A stretch of 64,000 nucleotides of DNA, from assembly GCA_965649765.1 (NCBI GenBank), contig OZ287756.1, positions 930,001 through 994,000 on the forward strand, written 5' to 3'. Positions 1-12,365 of this stretch are shown in pieces (within the stretch, counting starts at the first letter, position 1; each line of letters opens with the position of its first letter). The notes beneath the pieces were generated by a model. The model made no database searches and was not told the origin of the DNA. It was given only the letters and a program-made list of their open reading frames with translations. Source of the DNA: Bispira polyomma. Its lineage: Eukaryota. Position numbers and translations under genes: made by a program.

Positions 1-776
1 ACAAATACAAATATTCAGTTATTAGAAGAGTCATAACTTACTTAATTATAACTTTCATAATTAAAGAAGCCAAGTATATTTACAAGGGTTTATCTTCTCC
101 ACAATAGTGTTTCTTATGGAAAGCCATCTGTGTATAAATTATATTTTCTTTTGATGAATATCTAATGAAACATTCTTTAAAATCATTTGAGTTACTCATT
201 TCTCTCAGATAACTTATCAAGAAACTGTTTTGTAAAGAACCTTTGATTTATTTATTTCTTTCAGATAACTGCTCAGGAAAGTTAATCACTGTTGTAGTAT
301 TCCTCTTATATCATTTTAACTGTTTATTGCAATTGTAATTTTAGGAGAGCCTTTCAACCTATTTATCTTCAATCCCATCCTTCAACCCCCAAACCAATAC
401 TGAGTAGATTATAACACATTCATTTTAATTAACTAACAATAAAGGGTTTCTAAAGAGAGAGTGTGCTTATAAAAGATAATCGAAATTTAACAGTTTTATC
501 AGTCATTCCATATTTGTATGTCATGAAATAAATTAAAGCTACAACCTGTTTGCAGTTTTCCTTCATGATAAAAAAAGAAGCACCAGGCATTTTTTCCATT
601 TCTTTTGAAACAGACCAGGCTTTTTTCAACCAGGCATTTTTAGACCAAGCATTTTTCAACAAGGCATTTTTTCCGTGCACCGGTCTCTTAGAATCTTGTG
701 AAATATATTAAGGTGAAACTGTCAAACTAAATAACAAACTACAAGTATCTAGTTGTTTCCTTCTTATCAACATAGG

Positions 777-1034
777 GGGGGACGCGGTGGCCTAGTGGTT
801 AGCAAGCATTGCACTTCACAATCACTGGTCTCTCACCTCTGGGCGGCATGAGTTCGAATCTCGCCGATGCTTATGTGGGAAAGGTGGTAGTTCCTTACTG
901 TGGGCCGCTGGTTTCTCTGCAGAACCTTGACCGACTGTATGCAGTGTTTCCTCCAGCGTTTCCAACTACCCGTCCCAATATAACCTACTAAAAGGTACTA
1001 GAGTGGACGTTAGATATCCAAATTCAAATTCAAA
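777..1034 (+). mobile_element. tRNA-derived SINE (V-domain-like core), copy 1
   Basis: Pol III A box TGGCCTAGTGG, B box GTTCGAATC, GGTTTCTCT...GTTTCCTCC core and (AAATTC)n tail. 14-bp TSD cttatcaa(c/t)atagg at 763-776 and 1035-1048. Second copy at 61494. Confidence 0.9.
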
Positions 1035-2019
1035 CTTATCAATATAGGCACATTAAAAATAATTGTTGGAAAATTGAAAGTATTTTCAGAAGAGAACTAT
1101 TTTTCCTTTGATTAGGTCTAAAGTGAAAATTTACTGACAACAACCACTTTTTAACCTTAACCCTAACATATTGTATCTCTTAAGACTTTGTTTCAGGATG
1201 AAACATCAATCCTAACCTTAATGCTTCAACAAAATAATAACAATACAACTTAATGTACTACATACTAGATAGTAAAATTTTTCCCTGTCAATCCACACAT
1301 CCTTATCATCTTTTTAGGTCACATACTAAACTTTGGTGTGTCTGCATTATTGATATGACCTCACAGTGGAACTGGCGGTGTGCGGAGTGTGCTGGAACAC
1401 ACCAGATGACAAGCAAACAATAGTTAACAAATTGCCGGCCATTTCAGCCCAGTCATAAACAAACCACTCCTTATCCAACCGAGTGAATCTCTCACTGAGA
1501 AATCAGAATAAAAAATAGTGAAAAAGAAACCAATGCGCTCGGGCTTTAGTTCTATTTTGAGGTTCAGTGATAGACACTAGGATTGGAGGTTATTTACTGG
1601 CTGGGCAGTGTTTGTGGGCGATTAGTTGATAAGTAACATTGTGTTTGGGGGTTGAAATAATTATATGAGAGTATGACATGGGTAGTAGGGTCCAAACACA
1701 CTAGGTGTGATCAGGCAGGGTGGGGGAGTGGCACTCAAACATCAGTAGGTGGTGGAGATTTATGTCATATAATCAGGAAAAGGCTGAGGTCTCACTGTGT
1801 TCATTACCTGAACTGAATTAAAAGTGTAGAATATATTCTATAAATATTAGAAGATGTTCATGAAACAAAAAGAAAATGTAAATTTAGAGAGTGAAAGAGA
1901 GTGCATCAAACTGTATTGTATTCAAATATTAGAAGTCCAGTGGTTTCTAAATATGTGCTGATTTAGCTACCTGCACAAATCTTAGAATTATAATTAGTTT
2001 AGAATGCAGTACCTTGAGC

Positions 2020-2133
2020 AACTGGTAAGCACTGCTTACCACCAGTCAGACTGGTTGTTGTGGCATGGCTTATACAATGTGTTGTAAGAGACGTTTAACC
2101 CCAATTAATCAATCAATCAATCAATCAATCAAT
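2020..2133 (+). mobile_element. 3' fragment of a SINE ending in a (CAAT)n tail
   Basis: tatacaatgtgttgtaagagacgtttaaccccaa followed by (aatc)n; a similar tail occurs at 57610-57648. Confidence 0.55.
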
Positions 2134-5100
2134 AGAAGTATAATTTACAATAGACACATGATGATACCAGTGAGAACCAACTTGTCCGACTAAAATAAAT
2201 CATGTCAAATCTCTGTTAATATTGGATAACTCATATGTCATAGAAAGATTCCATTCTAAACTACCAGATATCTAAAGTACACTGGCTCTGTTTTTACTTC
2301 CCGCTGTAAAAAGGAAGGTTGGGGCTAGCCAGCTTTTAATTGTCACCTAACATGAAACAAAAAGATATAAAGGAGGAGAACAGACTTGTCTGTAAAAAGA
2401 CCTGGGACTAAATACTAAGCAAATAAGTCATGACAAAGACAGTCTGATGTATAGAGAAAAACCCAAAAAAAAAACATCAGCTCTTTGAGGCTCTCAGAAA
2501 ACCAAGCAGCCAGTGTGGCGATAAGAATGAATTGAATCCAAAAAACAAGGCCAAAAAGGGTTTAATTCGATAGGGTGTCTGGAAGAAATGACAAATTGGG
2601 GGTGGGGGAACTAAGACCCTCAGTATAATAAATAAGGGTGGCAATGAACCAGTAAAAAACACCAAAACTATACTCGAGTCTTGCACACTTTTTCTTCTGT
2701 GCTAAATACAGGCATTTTGTTGCTTTAATTAGGTGACTTTTTTCCTAAATGTGTTTCAGTGTAAAGGATATGTTTCTATGGCAACAGAGTTTGATAGGAA
2801 ATCTCTTAAGAACAATGGAGATTTTCTTCCTATACTGGGCCTTAGTAGTAGGTACAGTGATTTGAACAGAATAAAACTTATTATGTAAGACAACGTTTTA
2901 AGACCTTTAATTAAAAATCTATTAACGTATTTTAAACTTTAAAAAATGGTGACAGATAAACCAGTTGCCAACTATTTAAAAAGATATTTTATGATTAATT
3001 TTATAATTATTTATCATATGGAATAGCATATTTCCATGTTGATACTTACAATATTGATCTTTTTACATATAAAATTGAAAATATTATGGTATCGATAAGT
3101 GGTCCCAAACTCCAAAACCAATATATCTATTTAAAGTCAGCTAGTTCTGAACAAGTTCATACTTCAAGATAAGTTTCTAAATGCAGAGTCAAGAAGTTTT
3201 AACTTATCACAGAAGTACAGATTTTCCACAGCATAAATAAAGAACTCAAAAGGGAAGTTGTTACCTAGTATGATATGCATATTTTGTCGCTAAGGAGTTA
3301 CAATTTTTTACATTGCAATCTGTTTACAAAACTTGCCTGACTGCCCTAGTGTCTCTTAATTTGAACTACCCGTCAATAAGGTCACATGGATACATTGATT
3401 AGAGTCAATATGTTCTGATTATTCTCTACAGTTATCTACCTGTACACAAACGACCTCAGGTAAAACTGTCAAAGTAGGTCACGAACTACAAAAATATAGT
3501 AGTTTCCATGTAAACATATTTTTTGAGGAGAAGAAAAAATATATTTTTTTTTTCTATGATTAGTACTAAATTAGAAATTTACTCCACTGACTACCACTAT
3601 TTCTTGTGTCAGTAACAAATTATCCAATCTTCTCTTTGTTAATCAAAAGGAAAGTGCCTCAATGACAAAATTGTCACATGTGTGGTGTGAAAATACAGAG
3701 AACATCTTCATTTCTGGATTATGTTAATATTAACTTTAACGTAAAACAGTGGTCTAGTTAGAATCTTCTGGAGCATTAATAAAAATAGTTTGGTATTTAA
3801 TGTAAATGTATGTATTATTAGCTGTAACATAACAAAAACAAAAGTTAAATTGATGTATTCTATGTATTGTTAACTGTAACATAACAGAAACAAAAGTTAA
3901 ATTGATGTATTCTATGTATTAAAACAGTGTATTTTTCTTTCTTTTCGTTTTTTTTTTCTTTTGTTTTTTGTATTACTATGTTACTGAGGATAAATTAAAA
4001 AGAAAAAACCTGATCCCCAAGATTTCTCTGACCCAATGCACTGATAGACTGTTTGTGCTGTTACACTCATGACATCTACAAATGACAGGGTCTTTTACAA
4101 CTAACCTCTCTCATGTGTTATTACTACTTTAATATTTGAGTCACTAATATTTCTAGAGTGATAAATCACCCAACTAACCAGTAATTTGTTCCAATTGACC
4201 TTATTTGATCTTCACAACATTTTGGCCATAGAAATATACATGTACTTTACTGTATTAAGCTGCATAAACAAGGTGGCCTGGTGATCAAAAGTTCCCTTGT
4301 TTGACTCCCTGTCATTCTTATAGTGGTTGCTTGGTAAAAATATCTTTGGGCAAGATCTGATCACCCTGTTAACTACACGTAACTATTAATTTATCTCTTA
4401 AAATTTTGTCACAGAGAGAAAAAAAAGCTTTTGAGGATTAAACATCAATCCTAATACTAATGCTTCAAGAATAAAATGCTGAAATTAATTCTTTATATAC
4501 TATCGTAGTAAAATATTTCCCAGTCAATCCACAAATCCTTCCCATCGGTTTAGCTCACATACTAAGCTCCAGTGTGTGCATTAAACTGTCAGTGTTCGGA
4601 GTGTGTTGGAACAGACCAGATGACAGGCCCAACAATAACTAACAAACTGCTGACCATTTTAGCCATGCCATAAACAATTCACTACTTACCTAAGTGAGTG
4701 ACTCTCACATGGAAATCAGAATGAAAATATAGAGACAAAACATGCAAAAGAAACCAATGCCTTGTGGGTGGATTGAGTCCTATTTTGGGGTTTAGTGATA
4801 AACATCAGCTGGGGTGATTTAGTGGGGGAGGGTTGTGTGTGAGGGGGAGAGGAGGGGCTAATAATACATTTGGGGTGTATAGAAGACTGTAAATATTATA
4901 TAAGATTATAACATTTATGAGAAAACCAAAACACACTATTTGTGGTCATGCAGGGTGGAGGAGTGGTACTCAAACACTGGTAGGTGGTGAAGATTTAGGT
5001 CATATCATCATAAAAGGGCTGATCTCTCACTGTGTTCATTACCTGAAGTAAAATAAAAGTGTAAGATAGGTTCTATGAACATAATATTATGTTGCCTTTA

Positions 5101-5234
5101 ACAGAAAGAAAAGATGTCATCAAAGTGTCTCAAATTATAATGACCACAAATACCCATTGATACAACATCTTTGAATGTATGTCCTTATCTTATAGTACCA
5201 GACTTTGTTTACATATTGGAATTTGTGTTGAGGG

Positions 5235-5248
5235 GTTACCATGGTAAC
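5235..5248. promoter_or_regulatory. RFX X-box palindrome (related boxes near 2772 and 6033)
   Basis: GTTACCATGGTAAC is a perfect X-box; GTTTCTATGGCAAC is retained in both duplicated blocks. Confidence 0.45.
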
Positions 5249-6701
5249 AACTGCTATTTACTCTGTATTACTGTACGACCTCCGACTTCAATAAGCTCCA
5301 GGCGGGAGGAGGTTCTAGGTTAAAACACTGACATGGTAAGCATGTATTTGACGAAAATATATAATTTCATTGGTTTCAATAAAAGTATGTGTCCATTTTA
5401 CATCAATTCTATTCCATACATGGTGAAAACCGGTAATACAACAAACTTGCCTTGAAAGTAAATCATAAAAACCTCCTATTGTATTAGATACCATATATAT
5501 CACAAACAGATTCCATTCTAAACTACCAGATATCTAAAGTACACTGATACTGTATTTACCAGCTTTTGATCGTCACCTAATGTTAAACAAAATTATGTCA
5601 TAGAGGAGAACAGACTGAGAATAAATGCTATGCAAAAATGTCATGACACAAAAACAGTCTGTTGTACATAAAAACCAGAATCAGGTATTCGAGGTCCTAA
5701 CAAAATGAACAGCCATTATGGTGATGAGAATAAATTGAATTTGACTCAATACCTCTACAGTTTACCTCTACCCCCTAACCCAAACAGTGAGGGTTCAACT
5801 CAACACTGTGTCTGGAAGAAATGGGAAAAATTGGAAGGGGACAAACCGATCTTCTCAACTCAACAGATATGTTGTTGTTCAAAACATAAGGTTGGCAAAG
5901 AACCAGTAAAAACAGCACTTGGTCTGGAGATACTACACTAGACCTACACACGTTCTTTTCTAAGCTAATTACAGTCACTTTTTTGCTTTAATTAGGTGAC
6001 TTTTTGCTAGATCTGTTTCAGTGTAAGGGATATGTTTCTATGGCAACATACTTTGATTTAGAATTTTTATACAGAATAATGGCGATTTCCTGCCCCTAGT
6101 TGACCTTGTTCTTAGGTACAGTGACCTGAACAGGATAACACATTGGCATTTAGATGTTGTTTACAATGACATTCTACTGAGAAATCTATCATTATATTTC
6201 AAATTAAATGTTTTAAATAAGATCTTTCATAATTAATTTGATGAAAATTAATAAAATATGATAGCATATTTCATAATAATACGTTTTATATACCATATGT
6301 AGCACAATTCGCACATCTTTCCTATATTTTTACCTCACATACTTAACTCATGTGTAGGGTCTGCATTATTGATATGACTTTACGGTGGAACTGACTGTGT
6401 GCTCGAAAAAACCTGATGACAGTTCAACAATGACTAACAAACTACCAGCCATTTCAGCCTCGCCATAAACAAACCACTTCCCACTCCATAAACCCACCAG
6501 AAAGACTTCAGCAACTGGAATTCAGACTAAAAATTAGGAATTTGGACAAAGCATGTCAAAATAAATGTCCCTGGTTGGAGGGCTGTGTGTGTGAGGGATG
6601 GGGAGGGGCAGGAGTGATAAATAAATTTGTGTATTGTGTATTGTAGATATTATATGGGAGTAGGACACGGATGGGAGAGTCCAAACACTCTGGGTGTGGT
6701 C

Positions 6702-8330
6702 AGGCAGGGTGGGGGTCGGGAGAGGCACTAAAGCACTACTAGATGGAGGTGATTTATGTCCTGTAATCATTAACACTTTTTTCGTCAACTGAACTAAATT
6801 GTAGAAGTATCAACTATAACATCTGAACATGTTATCAGAAAAAGTTTGTGTTTGGATATTTAAAGCTATTCAGGAAACTGAAGGGGCTTCTTATTATTAA
6901 ACAATCTGATCATGTACATTTGGGAAAGAGAGTCGAAATAATAAAAGTTTAGAGGTTTCAATCCGGTTCTCCATATTCGTACTACCTGTACAAAGCTATC
7001 TTCCCAAGGACTGGTAAATGGGTAAACAGTTCTTGTAAAGATTTAGCATCTGGTTACTTCATGTGAACAAATATGGAATAAAAATATAGTGTAAAGTAAA
7101 AAAAATAAACCAGCAAGCGTTGCAATTAAAAAAACAGTGGAAGCTACATTCAGAAAACTTTGTGTAATATCAGGCTTTCAAATAATGACGTATATATGTA
7201 TTAAAAATTGCTTATTGCCTGACATAGCTGTGTATTTCTTATGCTTAGTATAATCTGGGATCTTGTCAATAAATTTACATATTGTGTTGGCAATAAAGTA
7301 TTTCGAGTAAATATGATTTGTTTGCCAGTGTATCACCGATACCCATTGAGATGGTTCCTTTCAGTGAAGGTCCTTATCTTATGTTGGCAGTCTTTTGGGA
7401 GATTTGTGTTGAGAGCTTGTGACAACGGGTGTTCACTGTGTGTTACTGTACAATATCCATCTCCATTGCATTCCAGACAGGAGGAGAGTTATACGTCACA
7501 CAATACACTTCCTATTCCAGAACAAAAGCTACATCTCAACTAGGACAGTTTAATGAGTAACATTCAGGACTAATTAGAACTGATCACGAGCGGCTCTTCT
7601 GTTTCCACAAAGTTCAATTGTATCCGGCAAAATGTTTCTACCACGAAAAACAGTCAGGGTTTTAGTTAATGAGGAGTTTGCATGTGGAATGGCTGTAAGT
7701 TGTTGACAGTGTGATGGGTGGAGAAAAAAATTCCTTCTCATAAATTAAGAGATATAAAATATATATACACTCACATATACAGTCATTCATACATATATAC
7801 ATCCAGCCATACATGGTGATGAGTGGAAGGAGAATTCCTTCTCATAAATAAAGAGATATAATAAATATCTAGACAGCCTTATATACAATCAGACATATAA
7901 TCTAGCCCCACACGGTGATGAGTGGGGGAAGTGTTAGTCATAAATAAAGACATATAAAATAAATATATAGACAGCCATATATATAACCAGACATATAATC
8001 ATAAAATGTGATGATTTAGGGAGAGTCGTTTGTCATATATCTACAGATATAGAGTAAGTGTAAAGACAACCATACAATCAGCCATCTACATCTAGCCACA
8101 CAGGGTGATAAGTTATAGCTGAAGGGATTGCTGTAATAAAAACAATGGACAGAAACAAAGTAGGGCGGTATAATGGTATCTATAAGAACAAAGAAACTTA
8201 TACATATACAAAGATCTAGAGTCAGTACTGCAGTAAACTGGGTGATACAATGATACATCAAACTAAATAGACAGTATCATGTACAATCACCCATACAATA
8301 ACTTATACCATTGGTAACCTTTTAACATTG
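6702..8330 (+). repeat. Host segment duplicated on both sides of the Ngaro element (left copy)
   Basis: Roughly 97% identical by eye to 14349-15278; ends exactly at the element terminus (taacattg|cagtcg). Confidence 0.95.
7710..8110. repeat. Degenerate ~100-bp minisatellite, 3-4 copies
   Basis: ggtgatgagtgg...ctcataaataaagagatata recurs at about 7711, 7815 and 7915. Confidence 0.7.
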
Positions 8331-8518
8331 CAGTCGCTTTCAAAAGTGGGTATATGACCTTCAAGGTCAGAGGTGATGACCTTGCAGGTTAGGAATTATG
8401 ATTGTAACCTTGAGTTGATAAATTTGATGCAGTTTGGGATAAATTTTATTATCATCAATAAAATTTCTATATACAGCTCTATACAAAAATTTTAAGATTA
8501 AAATTTTTAGAAAATGCC
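8331..8518 (-). repeat. Split direct repeat B2 (3' terminus of the element)
   Basis: 184/188 identical to 9338-9525; contains AATAAA on the - strand and the palindrome TGACCTTcAAGGTCA. Confidence 0.95.
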
Positions 8519-8892
8519 TGTCATGTAAACATGGCAAGTAATTACTTGGAGTGTAAGTTCTCCTTACAAATAAAATAATAAAATTACTTTAAAACATGCA
8601 TTATAGCAAGTATGGCCAACCTAGACCTATAACAAATAGTAATATTAAGAACATTTATATAAGCTTTGTAAAATAAAATGTTATTAAGCATACGGCTTGA
8701 TGTGAGTTCTTGTACTCAAGTATTATTTGTGGTATTTGCTAAACGCTAATATGTGCGTTTTCAAGATGGCCATTGTACAGCCTACATTTATGTCAAGATT
8801 GGCTGTCATACAGCTTGTAAGTGATGAGCCATTTGTGGTTTAGGTAACTTTGCTGTTTGTCAGTACATTATGTTTAGTGGTACGTCAATTTC

Positions 8893-9078
8893 TATCTCAA
8901 ACGAAATCTCCACCCAGATTGGAACCCGGGTCCTATGGCACCTATTCGCCTAGCAGTGAAGGTCCTCAGCTGCAGAGCTTTAATCCCCGGTAGCCCACAC
9001 CAGGGGGTAGTTGCAAGCTGAGGACCAGCACCACACGGATCCGGGGTCGAATCTGTTGGTGGGGACACTCGAGATATA
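8893..9078. ncRNA. Putative structured RNA (or ssDNA) element inside the Ngaro element
   Basis: GC-rich island with nested complementary arms: tctccacccagattggaacccgggtcc / ggatccggggtcgaatctgttggtgggga, ggtcctcagctgca / tgcaagctgaggacc, and tccccggt / accaggggg. Confidence 0.6.
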
Positions 9079-9133
9079 TATAAAGACAAGTTTTCGACCA
9101 TACTAAGTTAAGGGTGGTGGGTAGGGTGAAATA

Positions 9134-9337
9134 TTTTACTTGTTGTCTCGTTGCTTTCAAATTTTATAATGCTAACATAATAGGAAAGGCGGGAAAACGC
9201 CCAGGAATCAAAGTATTTAATTGGTCTTAATCTGCCATTTGATTGGCTTTAGGTTGGTATACAAATAATCGAACAGTAAACTTCTACTTTTTAGCACCTG
9301 AAATGCCATGCGAACTTAAGGTCTGCAGTGACGTTCA
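9134..9337 (-). promoter_or_regulatory. Repeat A2: promoter-like (2x CCAAT, E2F-like TTTTCCCGCC, TATAAAA)
   Basis: On the - strand: CCAAT near 9246 and 9224, TTTTCCCGCC near 9197-9188, TATAAAA at 9168-9162, about 30 nt before the end of A1/A2 identity. Confidence 0.6.
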
Positions 9338-9525
9338 CAGTCGCTTTCAAAAGTGGGTATATGACCTTCAAGGTCAGAGGTGATGACCTTGCAGGTTAGG
9401 AATTATGATTGTGACCTTGAGTTGATAAATTTGATGCAGTTTGGGATAAATTTTATTGTCATCAATAAAATTTCTATATACAGCTCTATACAAAAATTTT
9501 AAGGTTAAAATTTTTGGAAAATGCC
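9338..9525 (-). repeat. Split direct repeat B1
   Basis: Direct repeat of 8331-8518, starting 55 nt after the YR stop codon. Confidence 0.95.
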
Positions 9526-9579
9526 AAAGCCAATAGCAGCAAAGGTGGTAGGGATAATTGAAGCTGGATGAGAGGTAGC

Positions 9580-10494
9580 TTAAAGGTATGACCAAACTGC
9601 ATTAGATTTCCAACAACCATGTTTTTGTATGTGTTGTAACTTAATGTTAGAATTAGAAGCTAGTGAAGCACCTGATCTTCTAAAACAATGGAATGAGTGA
9701 CCTTCATGTGGTATTTGACTCTGTGTAAGTGTGTGTTTAAGGGCAAGCCTTAGTTTTGAATCTGTGAGGCATTTGTCTTGTTGTGTTGGATCAGCCAACA
9801 GTGGGGCTGTATCTTTCAGTGGGTATTTTTGAAACAACTGTGTAACTGTCTTAACTGGGTACAGCCAGTGGTTGCTTAATTCTGGGAGTTGTATAATATC
9901 AGGTGTATTTCTGCTTTGGTTGGTTTTCGACCATTTCAATATCAGGTGTATTCCTGGTGGGTGCAAAAATTATATCTGACCTTGTTATGTGTCGAGTTTG
10001 GTCAAAATCTACACCAGAGGTAGTTGTTAGGTTTGAAATTCTTAAGAAACCAAAGAATGCAAAAAGAAATGCTGTCCTGAACAGCTCAGGAAAGTGTAAT
10101 GAGTTACAATTTTTTGAAATCTGTTGTAATTGATGTAAATCAAAGACACCTTTGACCTTTGGTGTAAAGTTTGAGGTGAGTTGTAGTGACTTCAAATATA
10201 ATGATAACCTTTGGTCATATAGGCCAGTTTGGTGCATGTTGAAAACTTTACAGTTGTGTCTGAGGGCTGAAAGGTAGTTATTTATCACTTGATAAGAAAT
10301 TCCAGTTTGTGTCAGGAATTCAAGGAAGGCTATTATGCTGGTATAGCCAAAAGTGTCCTTAAAATCATAATATATGGTGAAACTCAAGAATAATCTAAAT
10401 TGATTGTCATATAATCTTGTCGTACGTGGTCTAAGGCTTTGTCGTATCCTTTCTCCTGCTGTCTGTACTAGACGTCTAGCTATAGCTGGTGTAT
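9580..10494 (-). pseudogene. Tyrosine recombinase of the Ngaro element (one frameshift near 9955)
   Basis: Catalytic residues R (GFLRISNL), K (WSKTNQ), HxxR (HCFRRSGA), W (GCWKS) and Y (WSYL), split over ORFs 9899-10387 and 9580-9966; the frame stays open to about 10500. Confidence 0.92.
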
Positions 10495-10505
10495 CTGAAA
10501 ATATA

Positions 10506-12267
10506 TTATATTTCTGTGTCCATTATAAACATGTCAATTAGTATGTCTTTAATGTCCAAGTTACCTAATGGTAAGTTTTCCTTATGCTGTCCATAATGTC
10601 CTGATTCGTACCACCTAGATAGTGTGTCGGCTATTGTGTTATCCTTTCCAGGGATATGCGCTATCATTAGGCCAATATTTTGGTGAGCACACAACAGCCA
10701 CATATTCCTTAAACATAGTCCTAAAAATTCGTCTCGTGTCCTGGATGAGCTAACAACAGCCACCACTGCCATATTGTCTGATAAAACTTTTATCTTTTTG
10801 TTTTTCCATTCGGGTGACCACAGTTTTAGTGCTATTAGTACACTTACCATTTCAAAATGTACTATAGTTAGGGTTTGAGTCAAAAATATTGGTAGTGCTG
10901 TCTTAAATGCTTTGTTTCCAGATACTCCACCAATACCTGTTAAGCAAGCGTCTACCTGAAAGAGTACTTCATGGGTTTTGTTTTTGAAGCTGTATTTAGT
11001 CGTTCCATTAAATTTTAGCAGGAATTTAATGAACCACTGTAAGTCCTTAAAATTACTATCCAAATGAATTTTTGCACTACTTTTTGAATTCCTTAACAAA
11101 GATAGCATGCGACACACATCTGTGTACATAGAGGAGTTTACCCAAGAGGGACTGATACTTGTATTTGGGTACTTTGGTTAGATTTTCAAAAGTGATACAT
11201 TCTTTATATATTGAAACCAATTTATCTTGATCTATACTCAATGTTTCTTCATTGACATCAATGGTTATACCCATGCAGGTAACCTGTTTACTGGGTGGCA
11301 CAAGTTTCTTTTTGTTAATGGGTAAACATAGGTCATTTAGAAGTTGTTGTAACGTTATGTATGCTAAATCTGCTGTGTTTTCATTTTCTATGATAAGAAA
11401 ATCGTCTATGTAGTTAAAGACTGTGAAACCTTTTTGTTTCATAATGAATCTTATTGTGTCTGATGCCATCATAAAAATGGTAGTGCCATGAGTTAATCCA
11501 AAAGTTAGGCTTAAATCTATGTAGTGTCTGTCTTTCCAAAAATAACCTAATTTTAAACAATCAAATGGATCCATTCTTAAATTTCTAAACGCATGCGCAA
11601 CGTCCACCTTTGCTATGGTAGCTGATTCACCTAAATTTTTAATATGAGTAGTGATCATGTCGATGGTGGGTAATCTTAAGTCAAATCTGACACCGTCATA
11701 TTCAGTCTTTACTGTACAATCATTCACTGAATGCCCCTTTGGGTATGACAGGTCTAAAATTAGTCTCCTTTGGTCAGTGTCCTTAGGTCTGGTCAGTAGA
11801 GGTGAACAATGTAGGTCTTCATGTAAATGTTCATTATTTGCTTCTATAATAGTACCTTTTGTAATTTCTGTCAAAAAATATCTATCAATTTCTTTAGGAA
11901 AAATTTTTGCTGAATAACGATTTTTGAGATATTTTTGTTTTATTCTATCTCTCTCGTATATTGAAATAGGGAAACCAAATTCCAAATATTGTAGTAGGAT
12001 TTGATTTGGGTAATCTCTTAAATGTTTCTTCCAATTGTCTATATTTAGATTACATTCAATTGGGATTCGTGATACTTTGTAGTTTGGCTGTTTTGTTCGC
12101 TTTATCGTTTCAGCTATGTTGACTAATTTTTCATAAGAATTTATGTTCACACTCTGTCTGGTTGGTCCTATGAATTGGAAGTCTTTAAAGCTACAAGGGA
12201 CAAAACCATAAGCCCTTTCCTTATTGTCCTTTTTATAATAGTCTTCATTTTCTAACACTGTTTCCAA
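10506..12267 (-). pseudogene. Reverse transcriptase + RNase H of the Ngaro element (frameshift near 11110)
   Basis: RLILDLSYP, AKVDVAHAFR, YIDLSLTFG and YIDDF RT motifs; VDACLTGIGG, HFEM, SDNMAVV and HIPGKDNTIADTLSR RNase H motifs. Confidence 0.95.
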
Positions 12268-12365
12268 GTATGTCAGTCCTTTGAAGTCTGGCTCCTTATT
12301 GGAGTCCTGTATGACTATGTTGTCCTGTTTTGTTATAATGTCCTCGTTTTTGTGTGATTTTTGTT

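Larger units (their letters stand above)
1195..7500. repeat. Old, degenerate tandem segmental duplication (2-3 copies of kb-scale non-coding blocks)
   Basis: 1196-1860 matches 4435-5090 and 6330-6830. 2230-3040 matches 5490-6275. 5160-5315 matches 7360-7490. No reading frame is conserved between copies. Confidence 0.85.

Noticed and set aside
777-870. tRNA gene (also near 61494)
   Set aside because: A/B boxes continue into a shared body and tail flanked by TSDs, so this is a SINE head.
8935-9055. Hammerhead or HDV-like ribozyme (CTGAGGA...CGAAT on both strands; GGCGAAT on -)
   Set aside because: GAAT instead of GAAA and no proper stem II closing pair; no convincing P1/P3/L3 pseudoknot by eye. 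Kept only as an unclassified structure.
8892-9160. Small ORFs of 69 and 64 aa over the hairpin
   Set aside because: No motif; open frames are expected in GC-rich self-complementary DNA. A micropeptide is not fully excluded.
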